Assembly: GCA_027314825.1 (NCBI GenBank)
Contig: DAHVAB010000001.1
Coordinates: 1-34,879, forward strand
From: Solirubrobacterales bacterium
GTDB lineage: Bacteria > Actinomycetota > Thermoleophilia > Solirubrobacterales > Solirubrobacteraceae
Length of the DNA: 34,879 nt
Direction of reading: 5' to 3'
Each line of letters opens with the position of its first letter. Within the stretch, counting starts at the first letter, position 1. Positions 34,085 to 34,879 of this stretch are shown piece by piece. Position numbers and translations under genes: made by a program. A model generated the notes under the pieces. It made no database searches. It saw only the letters and a program-made list of their open reading frames with translations, and was not told the origin of the DNA.

Positions 34085-34789
34085 TCACTGCAGTGCCACG
34101 CCCACGTAGTCCTTGTCCGGCTCGTGGGCGAGCAGCTTGCCGTCGCGCAGCGAGTGGACCCGGTCGGCGTAGGTGGCAGCCTGGGGATCGTGGCTGACCA
34201 GGACGATCGCCACCCCTCTCTCATGGCTGATCCCGCGCAGCAGGTCGAGCACTTCGCGGCTGCGCTGGGTGTCCAGGCTGCCGGTCGGCTCGTCGGCGAG
34301 CAGCAGCTGCGGCTCGGTCGATAGCGCTCTGGCGATCATCACCCGCTGTCGCTCGCCCATCGAGAGCAGCTCGGAGCGGTGGGCCAGCCTTTCGCCGAGG
34401 CCGAGGCGCTCCATCAGCGGGCGCACGCGTGCGTGCGCCTCCCGCCAGCGCGTCGTCTTCAGAAGCTTGAGCACGGCGTTGTCCAGAGCGCTCACGCCCG
34501 GCAGCAGGTCGAAGTTCTGGCGCACGAAGCCGAGCTCGGAGAGGCGGTAGCGCGAGGCCTCCCGCTCGGAGAGGTCGGAGACGTCGCGTCCGCCGACCAG
34601 CACCTTGCCGCTGGTGGGCGCCAGCAGCGCGGCGACCATCAGCAGCAGGGTCGTCTTGCCCGAGCCGCTCGGCCCGTAGAGGGCCACCATTTCGCCGGGA
34701 GCCACCTCTAGGGAGACGCCGTCCACCGCCCGCACCGGCTCCCCACCGATCGCCGGGTAGTGCTTGACCAGATCGCGTAGCTCCAGCAT
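34085..34789 (-). CDS. ABC ATP-binding protein, LolD/MacB-like
   Basis: Walker A GPSGSGKT, signature LSMGERQRV, Walker B LLLADEPTGSLD and H-loop VSHD. RBS GGAGG. Confidence 0.95.
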   Translation of the reverse strand: MLELRDLVKHYPAIGGEPVRAVDGVSLEVAPGEMVALYGPSGSGKTTLLLMVAALLAPTSGKVLVGGRDVSDLSEREASRYRLSELGFVRQNFDLLPGVSALDNAVLKLLKTTRWREAHARVRPLMERLGLGERLAHRSELLSMGERQRVMIARALSTEPQLLLADEPTGSLDTQRSREVLDLLRGISHERGVAIVLVSHDPQAATYADRVHSLRDGKLLAHEPDKDYVGVALQ

Positions 34790-34879
34790 GGGACCTCCTG
34801 CTCCAATGGCACCTATCCGGCCGTGGCGCCGCCCACGCCGGTGCTGATCCTCGGTCGCGCGGCCGGCTGGTGCCCGGCC

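Overview
High-GC (roughly 70% by eye) bacterial DNA. Gene content and protein style suggest an actinobacterium of the Solirubrobacterales/Thermoleophilia type (inference). No rRNA, tRNA, CRISPR, integrase or transposase was seen. The left 24 kb holds two parallel clusters of large, Cys-rich, signal-peptide proteins with no sortase or transmembrane anchor. Cluster A (5560-13667): small secreted protein, hairpin, beta-propeller protein, then an NHL/FnIII protein carrying a 4x repeated unknown Cys domain. Cluster B (14726-21989): paralogous small protein, hairpin, then one 2147-aa protein that fuses the modules of cluster A's two large proteins. Both clusters lie between two related regulatory modules (XRE + TetR + an unknown helical protein). 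A palindrome, TGAA-N5-TTCA, occurs five times in intergenic DNA ahead of both clusters and of the right-hand regulators. The 1-kb region before cluster A is a diverged tandem array of promoter and hairpin-leader blocks, one of which looks like a CDS-less transcript. The mature small secreted proteins use only GAA for Glu. Together this looks like a co-regulated, uncharacterised cell-surface (fibre or coat-like) system. The right 10 kb holds a TetR/amidase pair, an MFS exporter, an MDR oxidoreductase and a MacB/LolCDE-type ABC operon. That operon includes two secreted proteins; one is a stand-alone copy of the unknown Cys domain with a 33-bp VNTR in its signal-peptide region.
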